Below, one piece after another: positions 12,001 through 26,221 of a stretch of 64,000 nt of DNA (its first letter is position 1; each line of letters opens with the position of its first letter). This DNA comes from the human T2T-CHM13v2.0 reference genome, Homo sapiens: the NCBI RefSeq assembly GCF_009914755.1, contig NC_060925.1, one strand, 5' to 3'. The notes below the pieces were generated by a model. It saw only the letters and a program-made list of their open reading frames with translations, ran no database searches and had not been told where the DNA came from. A program made the position numbers and the translations under genes.

Positions 12001-14178
12001 GAACAATCATCGAATGGACTCAAATGGAATTATCCTCCAATGGAATCGAATGGAATTATCGAATGCAATCGAATGGAATTATCGAATGCAATCGAATAGA
12101 ATCATCGAATGGACTCGAATGGAATCATCGAATGGAATGGAATGGAACAGTCAATGAACTCGAATGGAATCATCATTGAATGGAATCGAATGGAATCATC
12201 GAATGGAATCGAATGGAATTATGATCAAATGGAATCGAATATAATCATCATCAAATGGAATCAAAAATAACCATCATCAATTGGTATTGAATGGAATTCT
12301 CATCAAATGGAATTCAAAGGAGTCATCATCAAATGGAACTGAATGGAATCCTCATTGAATGGAAATGAAAGGGGTCATCATCTAATGGAATCGCATGGAA
12401 TCATCATCAAATGGAATCGAATGGAATCATCATCAAATGGAATCTGATGGAATCATTGAACAGAATTGAATGGAATCGTCATCGAATGAATTGAATGCAA
12501 TCATCGAATGGTCTCGAATGTAATCACATTCTAATGGAAAGGAATGGAATCATCGCATAGAATCGAATGGAATTAACATTGAATGGACTCGAATGGAATC
12601 AACATCAAACGGAATCAAGCGGAATTATCGAATGGAATCGAAGAGAATCATCGAATGGTCTCGAATGGAATCATCTTCTAATGGAAAGGAATGGAATCAT
12701 CGCATAGAATCGAATGGAATTAACATTGAATGGACTCGAATGGAATCAACATCAAATGGAATCAAACGGAATTATCGAATGAAATCGAAGAGAATCATTG
12801 AATGGACTCGAATGGAATCATCTAATGGAATGGAATGGAATAATCCACGGACTCGAATGCAATCATCATCGTATAGAATCGAATGGAATCATCGAATGGA
12901 CTCGAATGGAATAACCATTGAACGGAATCGAGTGGAATCATCATCGGATTGAAACGAATGGAATCATCATCGAATGGAAATGAAAGGAGTCATCATCTAA
13001 TGGAATTGCATGGAATCATCATAAAATGGAATCGAATGGAATCAACATCAAATGGAATCAAATGGAATCATTGAACGGAATTGAATGGAATCGTCTCGAA
13101 TGAATTGACTGCAATCATCGAATGGTCTCGAATGGAATCATCTTCAAATGGAATGGAATGGAATCATCGCATAGAATCGAATGGAATTATCATCGAATGG
13201 AATCGAATGGAATCAACATCAAACGGAAAAAAACGGAATTATCAAATGGAATCGAAGAGAATCATCGAATGGACCCGAATGGAATCATCTAATGGAATGG
13301 AATGGAATAATCCATGGACTCGAATGCAATCATCATCGAATGGAATCGAATGGAATCATCGAATGGACTCGAATGGAATAATCATTGAACGGAATCGAAT
13401 GGAATCATCATCGGATGGAAATGAATGGAATCATCATCGAATGGAATCGAATAGAATTATGGAATGAAATCCAGTGTGATCATCATCGAATGGACCCGAA
13501 TGGAATCATCATCCAACGGAAGCTAATGGAATCAACATCGAATGAATCAAATGGAAACACCATCGAATTGAAACGAATGGAATTATCATGAAATTGAAAT
13601 GGATGGACTCATCATCGAATGGATTCGAATGGAATCATCGAATAAAATTGATTGAAATCATCATCGAATGGAATCGAGTGGTATCATTGAATGGAATCGA
13701 ATGGAATCAACATCAGATGGAAATGAATGGAATCGTCATAGAATGGAATCGAATGGATTCATTGAATGGAATCAGATGGAATCATCGAATGGACTGGAAT
13801 GGAATCATTGAATGGACTCGAAAGGGATCATGATTGAATGGAATTGAATGGAATCATCGAATGGTCTCGATTGGAATCATTATCAAATGGAATCGAATGG
13901 AATCACCGAATAGAATCGAATGGAACAATCATCGAATGGACTCAAATGGAATTATCCTCAAATGGAATCGAATGGAATTATCGAATGCAATCGAATGGAA
14001 TTATCGAATGCAATCGAATAGAATCATCGAATGGACTCGAATGGAATCATCGAATGGAATGGAATGGAACAGTCAATGAACTCGAATGGAATCATCATTG
14101 AATGGAATCGAATGGAATCATCGAGTGGAATCGAATGGAATTATGATCAAATGGAATCGAATGTAATCATCATCAAAT
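3085..14178 (+). repeat. Three tandem 3,698 bp super-repeats (1776 + 1922 bp dimer)
   Basis: Unit lengths alternate 1776/1922 three times. Variant ORFs lie at 5197, 8895 and 12593 (period 3698). Shared private variants include AATATAATC, GAATTCTCATC, AAGGAGTCATC, GGAACTGAA, AATCTGATGG, AATGTAATCACATT, GAATCGTCTCG and TCGAGTGGTATC. Confidence 0.92.
5104..5397 (+). repeat. 147 bp tandem duplication inside the 1,922 bp variant unit (also at ~8802-9095 and ~12500-12793)
   Basis: ATCATCGAATGGTCTCGAAT starts at 5104 and again at 5251. The +147 bp and a 1 bp deletion (GTCTCG for GTCATCG at ~5700) give +146 = 1922-1776. Confidence 0.9.
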
Positions 14179-17100
14179 GGAATCAAAAATAACCATCATC
14201 AATTGGTATTGAATGGAATTGTCATCGAATGGAATTCAAAGGAATCATCATCAAATGGAACCGAATGGAATCCTCATTGAATGGAAATGAAAGGGGTCAT
14301 CATCTAATGGAATCGCATGGAATCATCATCAAATGGAATCGAATGGAATCATCATCAAATGGAATCTAATGGAATCATTGAACAGAATTGAATGGAATCG
14401 TCATCGAATGAATTGAATGCAATCATCGAATGGTCTCGAATGGAATCATCTTCTAATGGAAAGGAATGGAATCATCGCATAGAATCGAATGGAATTATCA
14501 TCGAATGGAATCGAATGGTATAAACACCAAACGGAAAAAAACGGAATTATCGAATGGAATCGAAGAGAATCTTCGAACGGACCCGAATGGAATCATCTAA
14601 TGGAATGGAATGGAATAATCCATGGACTCGAATGCAATCATCATCGAATGGAATCGAATGGAATCATCGAATGGACTCGAATGGAATAATCATTGAACGG
14701 AATCGATTGGAATCATCATCGGATGGAAACGAATGGAATCATCATCGAATGGAAATGAAAGGAGTCATCATCTAATGGAATTGCATGGAATCATCATAAA
14801 ATGGAATCGAATGGAATCAACATCAAATGGAATCAAATGGAATCATTGAACGGAATTGAAAGGAATCGTCATCGAATGAATTGACTGAAATCATCCAATG
14901 GTCTCGAATGGAATCATCTTCAAATGGAATGGAATGGAATCATCGCATAGAATCGAATGGAATTATCATCGAATGGAATCGAATGGAATCAACATCAAAC
15001 GGAAAAAAACGGAATTATCGAATGGAATCGAAGAGAATCATCGAATGGACCCGAATGGAATCATCTAATGGAATGGAATGGAATAATCCATGGACTCCAA
15101 TGCAATCATCGTCGAATGGAATCGAATGGAATCATCGAATGGACTCGAATGGAATAATCATTGAACGGAATCGAATGGAATCATCATCGGATGGAAATGA
15201 ATGGAATCATCATCGAATGGAATCGAATAGAAGTATGGAATGAAATCCAGTGTGATCATCATCGAATGGACCCGAATGGAATCATCATCCAACGGAAGCT
15301 AATGGAATCAACATCGAATGAATCGAATGGAAACACCATCGAATTGAAACGAATGGAATTATCATGAAATTGAAATGGATGGACTCATCATCGAATGGAT
15401 TCGAATGGAATCATCGAATAAAATTGATTGAAATCATCATCGAATGGAATCGAATGGTATCATTGAATGGAATCGAATGGAATCATCATCAGATGGAAAT
15501 GAATGGAATCGTCATAGAATGGAATCGAATGGATTCATTGAATGAAATCAGATGGAATCATCGAATGGACTGGAATGGAATCATCGAATGGACTCGAAAG
15601 GGATCATGATTGAATGGAATTGAATGGAATCATCGAATGGTCTCGATTGGAATCATTATCAAATGGAATCGAATGGAATCCCCGAATAGAATCGAATGGA
15701 ACAATCATCGAATGGACTCAAATGGAATTATCCTCAAATGGAATCGAATGGAATTATCGAATGCAATCGAATGGAATTATCGAATGCAATCGAATAGAAT
15801 CATCGAATGGACTCGAATGGAATCATCGAATGGAATGGAATGGAACAGTCAATGAACGCGAATGGAATCATCATTGAATGGAATCGAATGGAATCATCGA
15901 GTGGAATCGAATGGAATTATGATCAAATGGAATCGAATGTAATCCTCATCAAATGGAATCAAAAATAACCATCATCAATTGGTATTGAATGGAATTGTCA
16001 TCAAATGGAATTCAAAGGAATCATCATCAAATGGAACCGAATGGAATCCTCATTGAATGGAAATGAAAGGGGTCATCATCTAATGGAATCGCATGGAATC
16101 ATCATCAAATGGAATCGAATGGAATCATCATCAAATGGAATCTAATGGAATCATTGAACAGAATTGAATGGAATCGTCATCGAATGAATTGAATGCAATC
16201 ATCGAATGGTCTCGAATGGAATCATCTTCTAATGGAAAGGAATGGAATCATCGCATAGAATCGAATGGAATTATCATCGAATGGAATCGAATGGTATCAA
16301 CACCAAACGGAAAAAAACGGAATTATCGAATGGAATCGAAGAGAATCTTCGAACGGACCCGAATGGAATCATCTAATGGAATGGAATGGAATAATCCATG
16401 GACTCGAATGCAATCATCATCGAATGGAATCGAATGGAATCATCGAATGGACTCGAATGGAATAATCATTGAACGGAATCGAATGGAATCATCATCGGAT
16501 GGAAACGAATGGAATCATCATCGAATGGAAATGAAAGGAGTCATCATCTAATGCAATTGCATGGAATCATCATCAAATGGAATCGAATGGAATCAACATC
16601 AAATGGAATCTAATGGAATCATTGAACAGAATTGAATGGAATCATCATCGAATGAATTGACTGCAATCATCGAATGGTCTCGAATGGAATCATCTTCAAA
16701 TGGAATGGAATGGAATCATCGCATAGAATCGAATGGAATTATCATCGAATGGAATCGAATGGAATCAACATCAAACGGAAAAAAACGGAATTATCGAATG
16801 GAATCGAAGAGAATCATCGAATGGACCCGAATGGAATCATCTAATGGAATGGAATGGAATAATCCATGGACTCGAATGCAATCATCATCGAATGGAATCG
16901 AATGGAATCATCGAATGGACTCGAATGGAATAATCATTGAACGGAATCGAATGGAATCATCATCGGATGGAAATGAATGGAATCATCATCGAATGGAATC
17001 GAATAGAATTATGGAATGAAATCCAGTGTGATCATCATCGAATGGACCCGAATGGAATCATCATCCAACGGAAGCTAATGGAATCAACATCGAATGAATC

Positions 17101-17730
17101 CAATGGAAACATCATCGAATTGAAACGAATGGAATTATCATGAAATTGAAATGGATGGACTCATCATCGAATGGATTCGAATGGAATCATCGAATAAAAG
17201 TGATTGAAATCATCATCGAATGGAATCGAATGGTATCATTGAATGGAATCGAATGGAATCATCATCAGATGGAAATGAATGGAATCGTCATAGAATGGAA
17301 TCGAATGGATTCATTGAATGGAATCAGATGGAATCATCGAATGGACTGGAATGGAATCATTGAATGGACTCGAAAGGGATCATGATTGAATGGAATTGAA
17401 TGGAATCATCGAATGGTCTCGATTGGAATCATTATCAAATGGAATCGAATGGAATCACCGAATAGAATCGAATGGAACAATCATCGAATGGACTCAAATG
17501 GAATTATCCTCAAATGGAATCGAATGGAATTATCAAATGCAATCGAATGGAATTATCGAATGCAATCGAATAGAATCATCGAATGGACTCGAATGGAATC
17601 ATCGAATGGAATGGAATGGAACAGTCAATGAACTCGAATGGAATCATCATTGAATGGAATCGAATGGAATCATCGAGTGGAATCGAATGGAATTATGATC
17701 AAATGGAATCGAATGTAATCATCATCAAAT

Positions 17731-18793
17731 GGAATCAAAAATAACCATCATCAATTGGTATTGAATGGAATTATCATCAAATGGAATTCAAAGGAATCAT
17801 CATCAAATGGAACCGAATGGAATCCTCATTGAATGGAAATGAAAGGGGTCATCATCTAATGGAATCGCATGGAATCATCATCAAATGGAATCGAATGGAA
17901 TCATCATCAAATGGAATCTAATGGAATCATTGAACAGAATTGAATGGAATCGTCATCGAATGAATTGAATGCAATCATCGAATGGTCTCGAATGGAATCA
18001 TCTTCTAATGGAAAGGAATGGAATCATCGCATAGAATCGAATGGAATTATCATCGAATGGAATCGAATGGTATCAACACCAAACGGAAAAAAACGGAATT
18101 ATCGAATGGAATCGAAGAGAATCTTCGAACGGACCCGAATGGAATCATCTAATGGAATGGAATGGAATAATCCATGGACTCGAATGCAATCATCATCGAA
18201 TGGAATCGAATGGAATCATCGAATGGACTCGAATGGAATAATCATTGAACGGAATCGAATGGAATCATCATCGGATGGAAACGAATGGAATCATGATCGA
18301 ATGGAAATGAAAGGAGTCATCATCTAATGGAATTGCATGGAATCATCATAAAATGGAATCGAATGGAATCAACATCAAATGGAATCAAATGGAATCATTG
18401 AACGGAATTGAATGGAATCGTCATCGAATGAATTGACTGCAATCATCGAATGGTCTCGAATGGAATCATCTTCAAATGGAATGGAATGGAATCATCGCAT
18501 AGAATCGAATGGAATTATCATCGAATGGAATCGAATGGAATCAACATCAAACGGAAAAAAACGGAATTATCGAATGGAATCGAAGAGAATCATCGAATGG
18601 ACCCGAATGGAATCATCTAATGGAATGGAATGGAATAATCCATGGACTCGAATGCAATCATCATCGAATGGAATCGAATGGAATCATCGAATGAACTCGA
18701 ATGGAATCATCATTGAATGGAATCGAATGGAATCATCGAGTGGAATCGAATGGAATTATGATCAAATGGAATTGAATGTAATCATCATCAAAT
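17731..18793 (+). repeat. 1,063 bp deletion-variant unit (713 bp deleted)
   Basis: Junction GAATCATCGAATG|AACTCGAATGGAATCATCATTG at ~18690 joins canonical position ~960 to ~1673. Confidence 0.92.
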
Positions 18794-21700
18794 GGAATCA
18801 AAAATAACCATCATCAATTGGTATTGAATGGAATTGTCATCAAATGGAATTCAAAGGAATCATCATCAAATGGAACCGAATGGAATCCTCATTGAATGGA
18901 AATGAAAGGGGTCATCATCTAATGGAATCGCATGGAATCATCATCAAATGGAATCGAATGGAATCATCATCAAATGGAATCTAATGGAATCATTGAACAG
19001 AATTGAATGGAATCGTCATCGAATGAATTGAATGCAATCATCGAATGGTCTCGAATGGAATCATCTTCTAATGGAAAGGAATGGAATCATCGCATAGAAT
19101 CGAATGGAATTATCATCGAATGGAATCGAATGGTATCAACACCAAACGGAAAAAAACGGAATTATCGAATGGAATCGAAGAGAATCTTCGAACGGACCCG
19201 AATGGAATCATCTAATGGAATGGAATGGAATAATCCATGGACTCGAATGCAATCATCATCGAATGGAATCGAATGGAATCATCGAATGGACTCGAATGGA
19301 ATAATCATTGAACGGAATCGAATGGAATCATCATCGGATGGAAACGAATGGAATCATCATCGAATGGAAATGAAAGGAGTCATCATCTAATGGAATTGCA
19401 TGGAATCATCATAAAATGGAATCGAATGGAATCAACATCAAATGGAATCAAATGGAATCATTGAACGGAATTGAATGGAATCGTCATCGAATGAATTGAC
19501 TGCAATCATCGAATGGTCTCGAATGGAATCATCTTCAAATGGAATGGAATGGAATCATCGCATAGAATCGAATGGAATTATCATCGAATGGAATCGAATG
19601 GAATCAACATCAAACGGAAAAAAACGGAATTATCGAATGGAATCGAAGAGAATCATCGAATGGACCCGAATGGAATCATCTAATGGAATGGAATGGAATA
19701 ATCCATGGACTCGAATGCAATCATCATCGAATGGAATCGAATGGAATCATCGAATGGACTCGAATGGAATAATCATTGAACGGAAACGAATGGAATCATC
19801 ATCGGATGGAAATGAATGGAATCATCATCGAATGGAATCGAATAGAATTATGGAATGAAATCCAGTGTGATCATCATCGAATGGACCCGAATGGAATCAT
19901 CATCCAACGGAAGCTAATGGAATCAACATCGAATGAATCGAATGGAAACACCATCGAATTGAAACGAATGGAATTATCATGAAATTGAAATGGATGGACT
20001 CATCATCGAATGGATTCGAATGGAATCATCGAATAAAATTGATTGAAATCATCATCGAATGGAATCGAATGGTATCATTGAATGGAATCGAATGGAATCA
20101 TCATCAGATGGAAATGAATGGAATCGTCATAGAATGGAATCGAATGGATTCATTGAATGGAATCAGATGGAATCATCGAATGGACTGGAATGGAATCATT
20201 GAATGGACTCGAAAGGGATCATGATTGAATGGAATTGAATGGAATCATCGAATGGTCTCGATTGGAATCATTATCAAATGGAATCGAATGGAATCACCGA
20301 ATAGAATCGAATGGAACAATCATCGAATGGACTCAAATGGAATTATCCTCAAATGGAATCGAATGGAATTATCGAATGCAATCGAATGGAATTATCGAAT
20401 GCAATCGAATAGAATCATCGAATGGACTCGAATGGAATCATCGAATAGAATGGAATGGAACAGTCAATGAACTCGAATGGAATCATCATTGAATGGAATC
20501 GAATGGAATCATCGAGTGGAATCGAATGGAATTATGATCAAATGGAATCGAATGTAATCCTCATCAAATGGAATCAAAAATAACCATCATCAATTGGTAT
20601 TGAATGGAATTGTCATCAAATGGAATTCAAAGGAATCATCATCAAATGGAACCGAATGGAATCCTCATTGAATGGAAATGAAAGGGGTCATCATCTAATG
20701 GAATCGCATGGAATCATCATCAAATGGAATCGAATGGAATCATCATCAAATGGAATCTAATGGAATCATTGAACAGAATTGAATGGAATCGTCATCGAAT
20801 GAATTGAATGCAATCATCGAATGGTCTCGAATGGAATCATCTTCTAATGGAAAGGAATGGAATCATCGCATAGAATCGAATGGAATTATCATCGAATGGA
20901 ATCGAATGGTATCAACACCAAACGGAAAAAAACGGAATTATCGAATGGAATCGAAGAGAATCTTCGAACGGACCCGAATGGAATCATCTAATGGAATGGA
21001 ATGGAATAATCCATGGACTCGAATGCAATCATCATCGAATGGAATCGAATGGAATCATCGAATGGACTCGAATGGAATAATCATTGAACGGAATCGAATG
21101 GAATCATCATCGGATGGAAACGAATGGAATCATCATCGAATGGAAATGAAAGGAGTCATCATCTAATGCAATTGCATGGAATCATCATCAAATGGAATCG
21201 AATGGAATCAACATCAAATGGAATCTAATGGAATCATTGAACAGAATTGAATGGAATCATCATCGAATGAATTGACTGCAATCATCGAATGGTCTCGAAT
21301 GGAATCATCTTCAAATGGAATGGAATGGAATCATCGCATAGAATCGAATGGAATTATCATCGAATGGAATCGAATGGAATCAACATCAAACGGAAAAAAA
21401 CGGAATTATCGAATGGAATCGAAGAGAATCATCGAATGGACCCGAATGGAATCATCTAATGGAATGGAATGGAATAATCCATGGACTCGAATGCAATCAT
21501 CATCGAATGGAATCGAATGGAATCATCGAATGGACTCGAATGGAATAATCATTGAACGGAATCGAATGGAATCATCATCGGATGGAAATGAATGGAATCA
21601 TCATCGAATGGAATCGAATAGAATTATGGAATGAAATCCAGTGTGATCATCATCGAATGGACCCGAATGGAATCATCATCCAACGGAAGCTAATGGAATC

Positions 21701-22345
21701 AACATCGAATGAATCCAATGGAAACATCATCGAATTGAAACGAATGGAATTATCATGAAATTGAAATGGATGGACTCATCATCGAATGGATTCGAATGGA
21801 ATCATCGAATAAAAGTGATTGAAATCATCATCGAATGGAATCGAATGGTATCATTGAATGGAATCGAATGGAATCATCATCAGATGGAAATGAATGGAAT
21901 CGTCATAGAATGGAATCGAATGGATTCATTGAATGGAATCAGATGGAATCATCGAATGGACTGGAATGGAATCATTGAATGGACTCGAAAGGGATCATGA
22001 TTGAATGGAATTGAATGGAATCATCGAATGGTCTCGATTGGAATCATTATCAAATGGAATCGAATGGAATCACCGAATAGAATCGAATGGAACAATCATC
22101 GAATGGACTCAAATGGAATTATCCTCAAATGGAATCGAATGGAATTATCAAATGCAATCGAATGGAATTATCGAATGCAATCGAATAGAATCATCGAATG
22201 GACTCGAATGGAATCATCGAATGGAATGGAATGGAACAGTCAATGAACTCGAATGGAATCATCATTGAATGGAATCGAATGGAATCATCGAGTGGAATCG
22301 AATGGAATTATGATCAAATGGAATCGAATGTAATCATCATCAAAT

Positions 22346-23408
22346 GGAATCAAAAATAACCATCATCAATTGGTATTGAATGGAATTATCATCAAATGGA
22401 ATTCAAAGGAATCATCATCAAATGGAACCGAATGGAATCCTCATTGAATGGAAATGAAAGGGGTCATCATCTAATGGAATCGCATGGAATCATCATCAAA
22501 TGGAATCGAATGGAATCATCATCAAATGGAATCTAATGGAATCATTGAACAGAATTGAATGGAATCGTCATCGAATGAATTGAATGCAATCATCGAATGG
22601 TCTCGAATGGAATCATCTTCTAATGGAAAGGAATGGAATCATCGCATAGAATCGAATGGAATTATCATCGAATGGAATCGAATGGTATCAACACCAAACG
22701 GAAAAAAACGGAATTATCGAATGGAATCGAAGAGAATCTTCGAACGGACCCGAATGGAATCATCTAATGGAATGGAATGGAATAATCCATGGACTCGAAT
22801 GCAATCATCATCGAATGGAATCGAATGGAATCATCGAATGGACTCGAATGGAATAATCATTGAACGGAATCGAATGGAATCATCATCGGATGGAAACGAA
22901 TGGAATCATGATCGAATGGAAATGAAAGGAGTCATCATCTAATGGAATTGCATGGAATCATCATAAAATGGAATCGAATGGAATCAACATCAAATGGAAT
23001 CAAATGGAATCATTGAACGGAATTGAATGGAATCGTCATCGAATGAATTGACTGCAATCATCGAATGGTCTCGAATGGAATCATCTTCAAATGGAATGGA
23101 ATGGAATCATCGCATAGAATCGAATGGAATTATCATCGAATGGAATCGAATGGAATCAACATCAAACGGAAAAAAACGGAATTATCGAATGGAATCGAAG
23201 AGAATCATCGAATGGACCCGAATGGAATCATCTAATGGAATGGAATGGAATAATCCATGGACTCGAATGCAATCATCATCGAATGGAATCGAATGGAATC
23301 ATCGAATGAACTCGAATGGAATCATCATTGAATGGAATCGAATGGAATCATCGAGTGGAATCGAATGGAATTATGATCAAATGGAATTGAATGTAATCAT
23401 CATCAAAT
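22346..23408 (+). repeat. 1,063 bp deletion-variant unit
   Basis: Same junction at ~23305; landmark spacing 1063. Confidence 0.92.
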
Positions 23409-25184
23409 GGAATCAAAAATAACCATCATCAATTGGTATTGAATGGAATTGTCATCAAATGGAATTCAAAGGAATCATCATCAAATGGAACCGAATGGAA
23501 TCCTCATTGAATGGAAATGAAAGGGGTCATCATCTAATGGAATCGCATGGAATCATCATCAAATGGAATCGAATGGAATCATCATCAAATGGAATCTAAT
23601 GGAATCATTGAACAGAATTGAATGGAATCGTCATCGAATGAATTGAATGCAATCATCGAATGGTCTCGAATGGAATCATCTTCTAATGGAAAGGAATGGA
23701 ATCATCGCATAGAATCGAATGGAATTATCATCGAATGGAATCGAATGGTATCAACACCAAACGGAAAAAAACGGAATTATCGAATGGAATCGAAGAGAAT
23801 CTTCGAACGGACCCGAATGGAATCATCTAATGGAATGGAATGGAATAATCCATGGACTCGAATGCAATCATCATCGAATGGAATCGAATGGAATCATCGA
23901 ATGGACTCGAATGGAATAATCATTGAACGGAATCGAATGGAATCATCATCGGATGGAAACGAATGGAATCATGATCGAATGGAAATGAAAGGAGTCATCA
24001 TCTAATGGAATTGCATGGAATCATCATAAAATGGAATCGAATGGAATCAACATCAAATGGAATCAAATGGAATCATTGAACGGAATTGAATGGAATCGTC
24101 ATCGAATGAATTGACTGCAATCATCGAATGGTCTCGAATGGAATCATCTTCAAATGGAATGGAATGGAATCATCGCATAGAATCGAATGGAATTATCATC
24201 GAATGGAATCGAATGGAATCAACATCAAACGGAAAAAAACGGAATTATCGAATGGAATCGAAGAGAATCATCGAATGGACCCGAATGGAATCATCTAATG
24301 GAATGGAATGGAATAATCCATGGACTCGAATGCAATCATCATCGAATGGAATCGAATGGAATCATCGAATGGACTCGAATGGAATAATCATTGAACGGAA
24401 ACGAATGGAATCATCATCGGATGGAAATGAATGGAATCATCATCGAATGGAATCGAATAGAATTATGGAATGAAATCCAGTGTGATCATCATCGAATGGA
24501 CCCGAATGGAATCATCATCCAACGGAAGCTAATGGAATCAACATCGAATGAATCGAATGGAAACACCATCGAATTGAAACGAATGGAATTATCATGAAAT
24601 TGAAATGGATGGACTCATCATCGAATGGATTCGAATGGAATCATCGAATAAAATTGATTGAAATCATCATCGAATGGAATCGAATGGTATCATTGAATGG
24701 AATCGAATGGAATCATCATCAGATGGAAATGAATGGAATCGTCATAGAATGGAATCGAATGGATTCATTGAATGGAATCAGATGGAATCATCGAATGGAC
24801 TGGAATGGAATCATTGAATGGACTCGAAAGGGATCATGATTGAATGGAATTGAATGGAATCATCGAATGGTCTCGATTGGAATCATTATCAAATGGAATC
24901 GAATGGAATCACCGAATAGAATCGAATGGAACAATCATCGAATGGACTCAAATGGAATTATCCTCAAATGGAATCGAATGGAATTATCGAATGCAATCGA
25001 ATGGAATTATCGAATGCAATCGAATAGAATCATCGAATGGACTCGAATGGAATCATCGAATAGAATGGAATGGAACAGTCAATGAACTCGAATGGAATCA
25101 TCATTGAATGGAATCGAATGGAATCATCGAGTGGAATCGAATGGAATTATGATCAAATGGAATCGAATGTAATCATCATCAAAT

Positions 25185-26221
25185 GGAATCAAAAATAACC
25201 ATCATCAATTGGTATTGAATGGAATTGTCATCAAATGGAATTCAAAGGAATCATCATCAAATGGAACCGAATGGAATCCTCATTGAATGGAAATGAAAGG
25301 GGTCATCATCTAATGGAATCGCATGGAATCATCATCAAATGGAATCTAATGGAATCATTGAACAGAATTGAATGGAATCGTCATCGAATGAATTGAATGC
25401 AATCATCGAATGGTCTCGAATGGAATCATCTTCTAATGGAAAGGAATGGAATCATCGCATAGAATCGAATGGAATTATCATCGAATGGAATCGAATGGTA
25501 TCAACACCAAACGGAAAAAAACGGAATTATCGAATGGAATCGAAGAGAATCTTCGAACGGACCCGAATGGAATCATCTAATGGAATGGAATGGAATAATC
25601 CATGGACTCGAATGCAATCATCATCGAATGGAATCGAATGGAATCATCGAATGGACTCGAATGGAATAATCATTGAACGGAATCGAATGGAATCATCATC
25701 GGATGGAAACGAATGGAATCATCATCGAATGGAAATGAAAGGAGTCATCATCTAATGGAATTGCATGGAATCATCATAAAATGGAATCGAATGGAATCAA
25801 CATCAAATGGAATCAAATGGAATCATTGAACGGAATTGAATGGAATCGTCATCGAATGAATTGACTGCAATCATCGAATGGTCTCGAATGGAATCATCTT
25901 CAAATGGAATGGAATGGAATCATCGCATAGAATCGAATGGAATTATCATCGAATGGAATCGAATGGAATCAACATCAAACGGAAAAAAACGGAATTATCT
26001 AATGGAATCGAAGAGAATCATCGAATGGACCCGAATGGAATCATCTAATGGAATGGAATGGAATAATCCATGGACTCGAATGCAATCATCATCGAATGGA
26101 ATCGAATGGAATCATCGAATGAACTCGAATGGAATCATCATTGAATGGAATCGAATGGAATCATCGAGTGGAATCGAATGGAATTATGATCAAATGGAAT
26201 CGAATGTAATCATCATCAAAT
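25185..26221 (+). repeat. 1,037 bp unit (1,063 bp variant with an additional 26 bp deletion)
   Basis: 713 bp junction at ~26118, plus loss of one ATCATCAAATGGAATCGAATGGAATC 26-mer at ~25330-25345. Confidence 0.88.

Larger units (their letters stand above)
15900..25130 (+). repeat. Two tandem 4,615 bp super-repeats (1776+1063+1776); boundaries approximate
   Basis: Private variants recur at offset 4615: AATCCTCATC 15941/20556, ATGCAATTGC 16551/21166, AAAAGTGATT ~17196/21811, TATCAAATGC 17531/22146, CATGATCG 18292/22907, ATTGAATGTA 18771/23386, GGAAACGAA ~19782/24397 and TCGAATAGAATGG 20441/25056. Confidence 0.9.
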
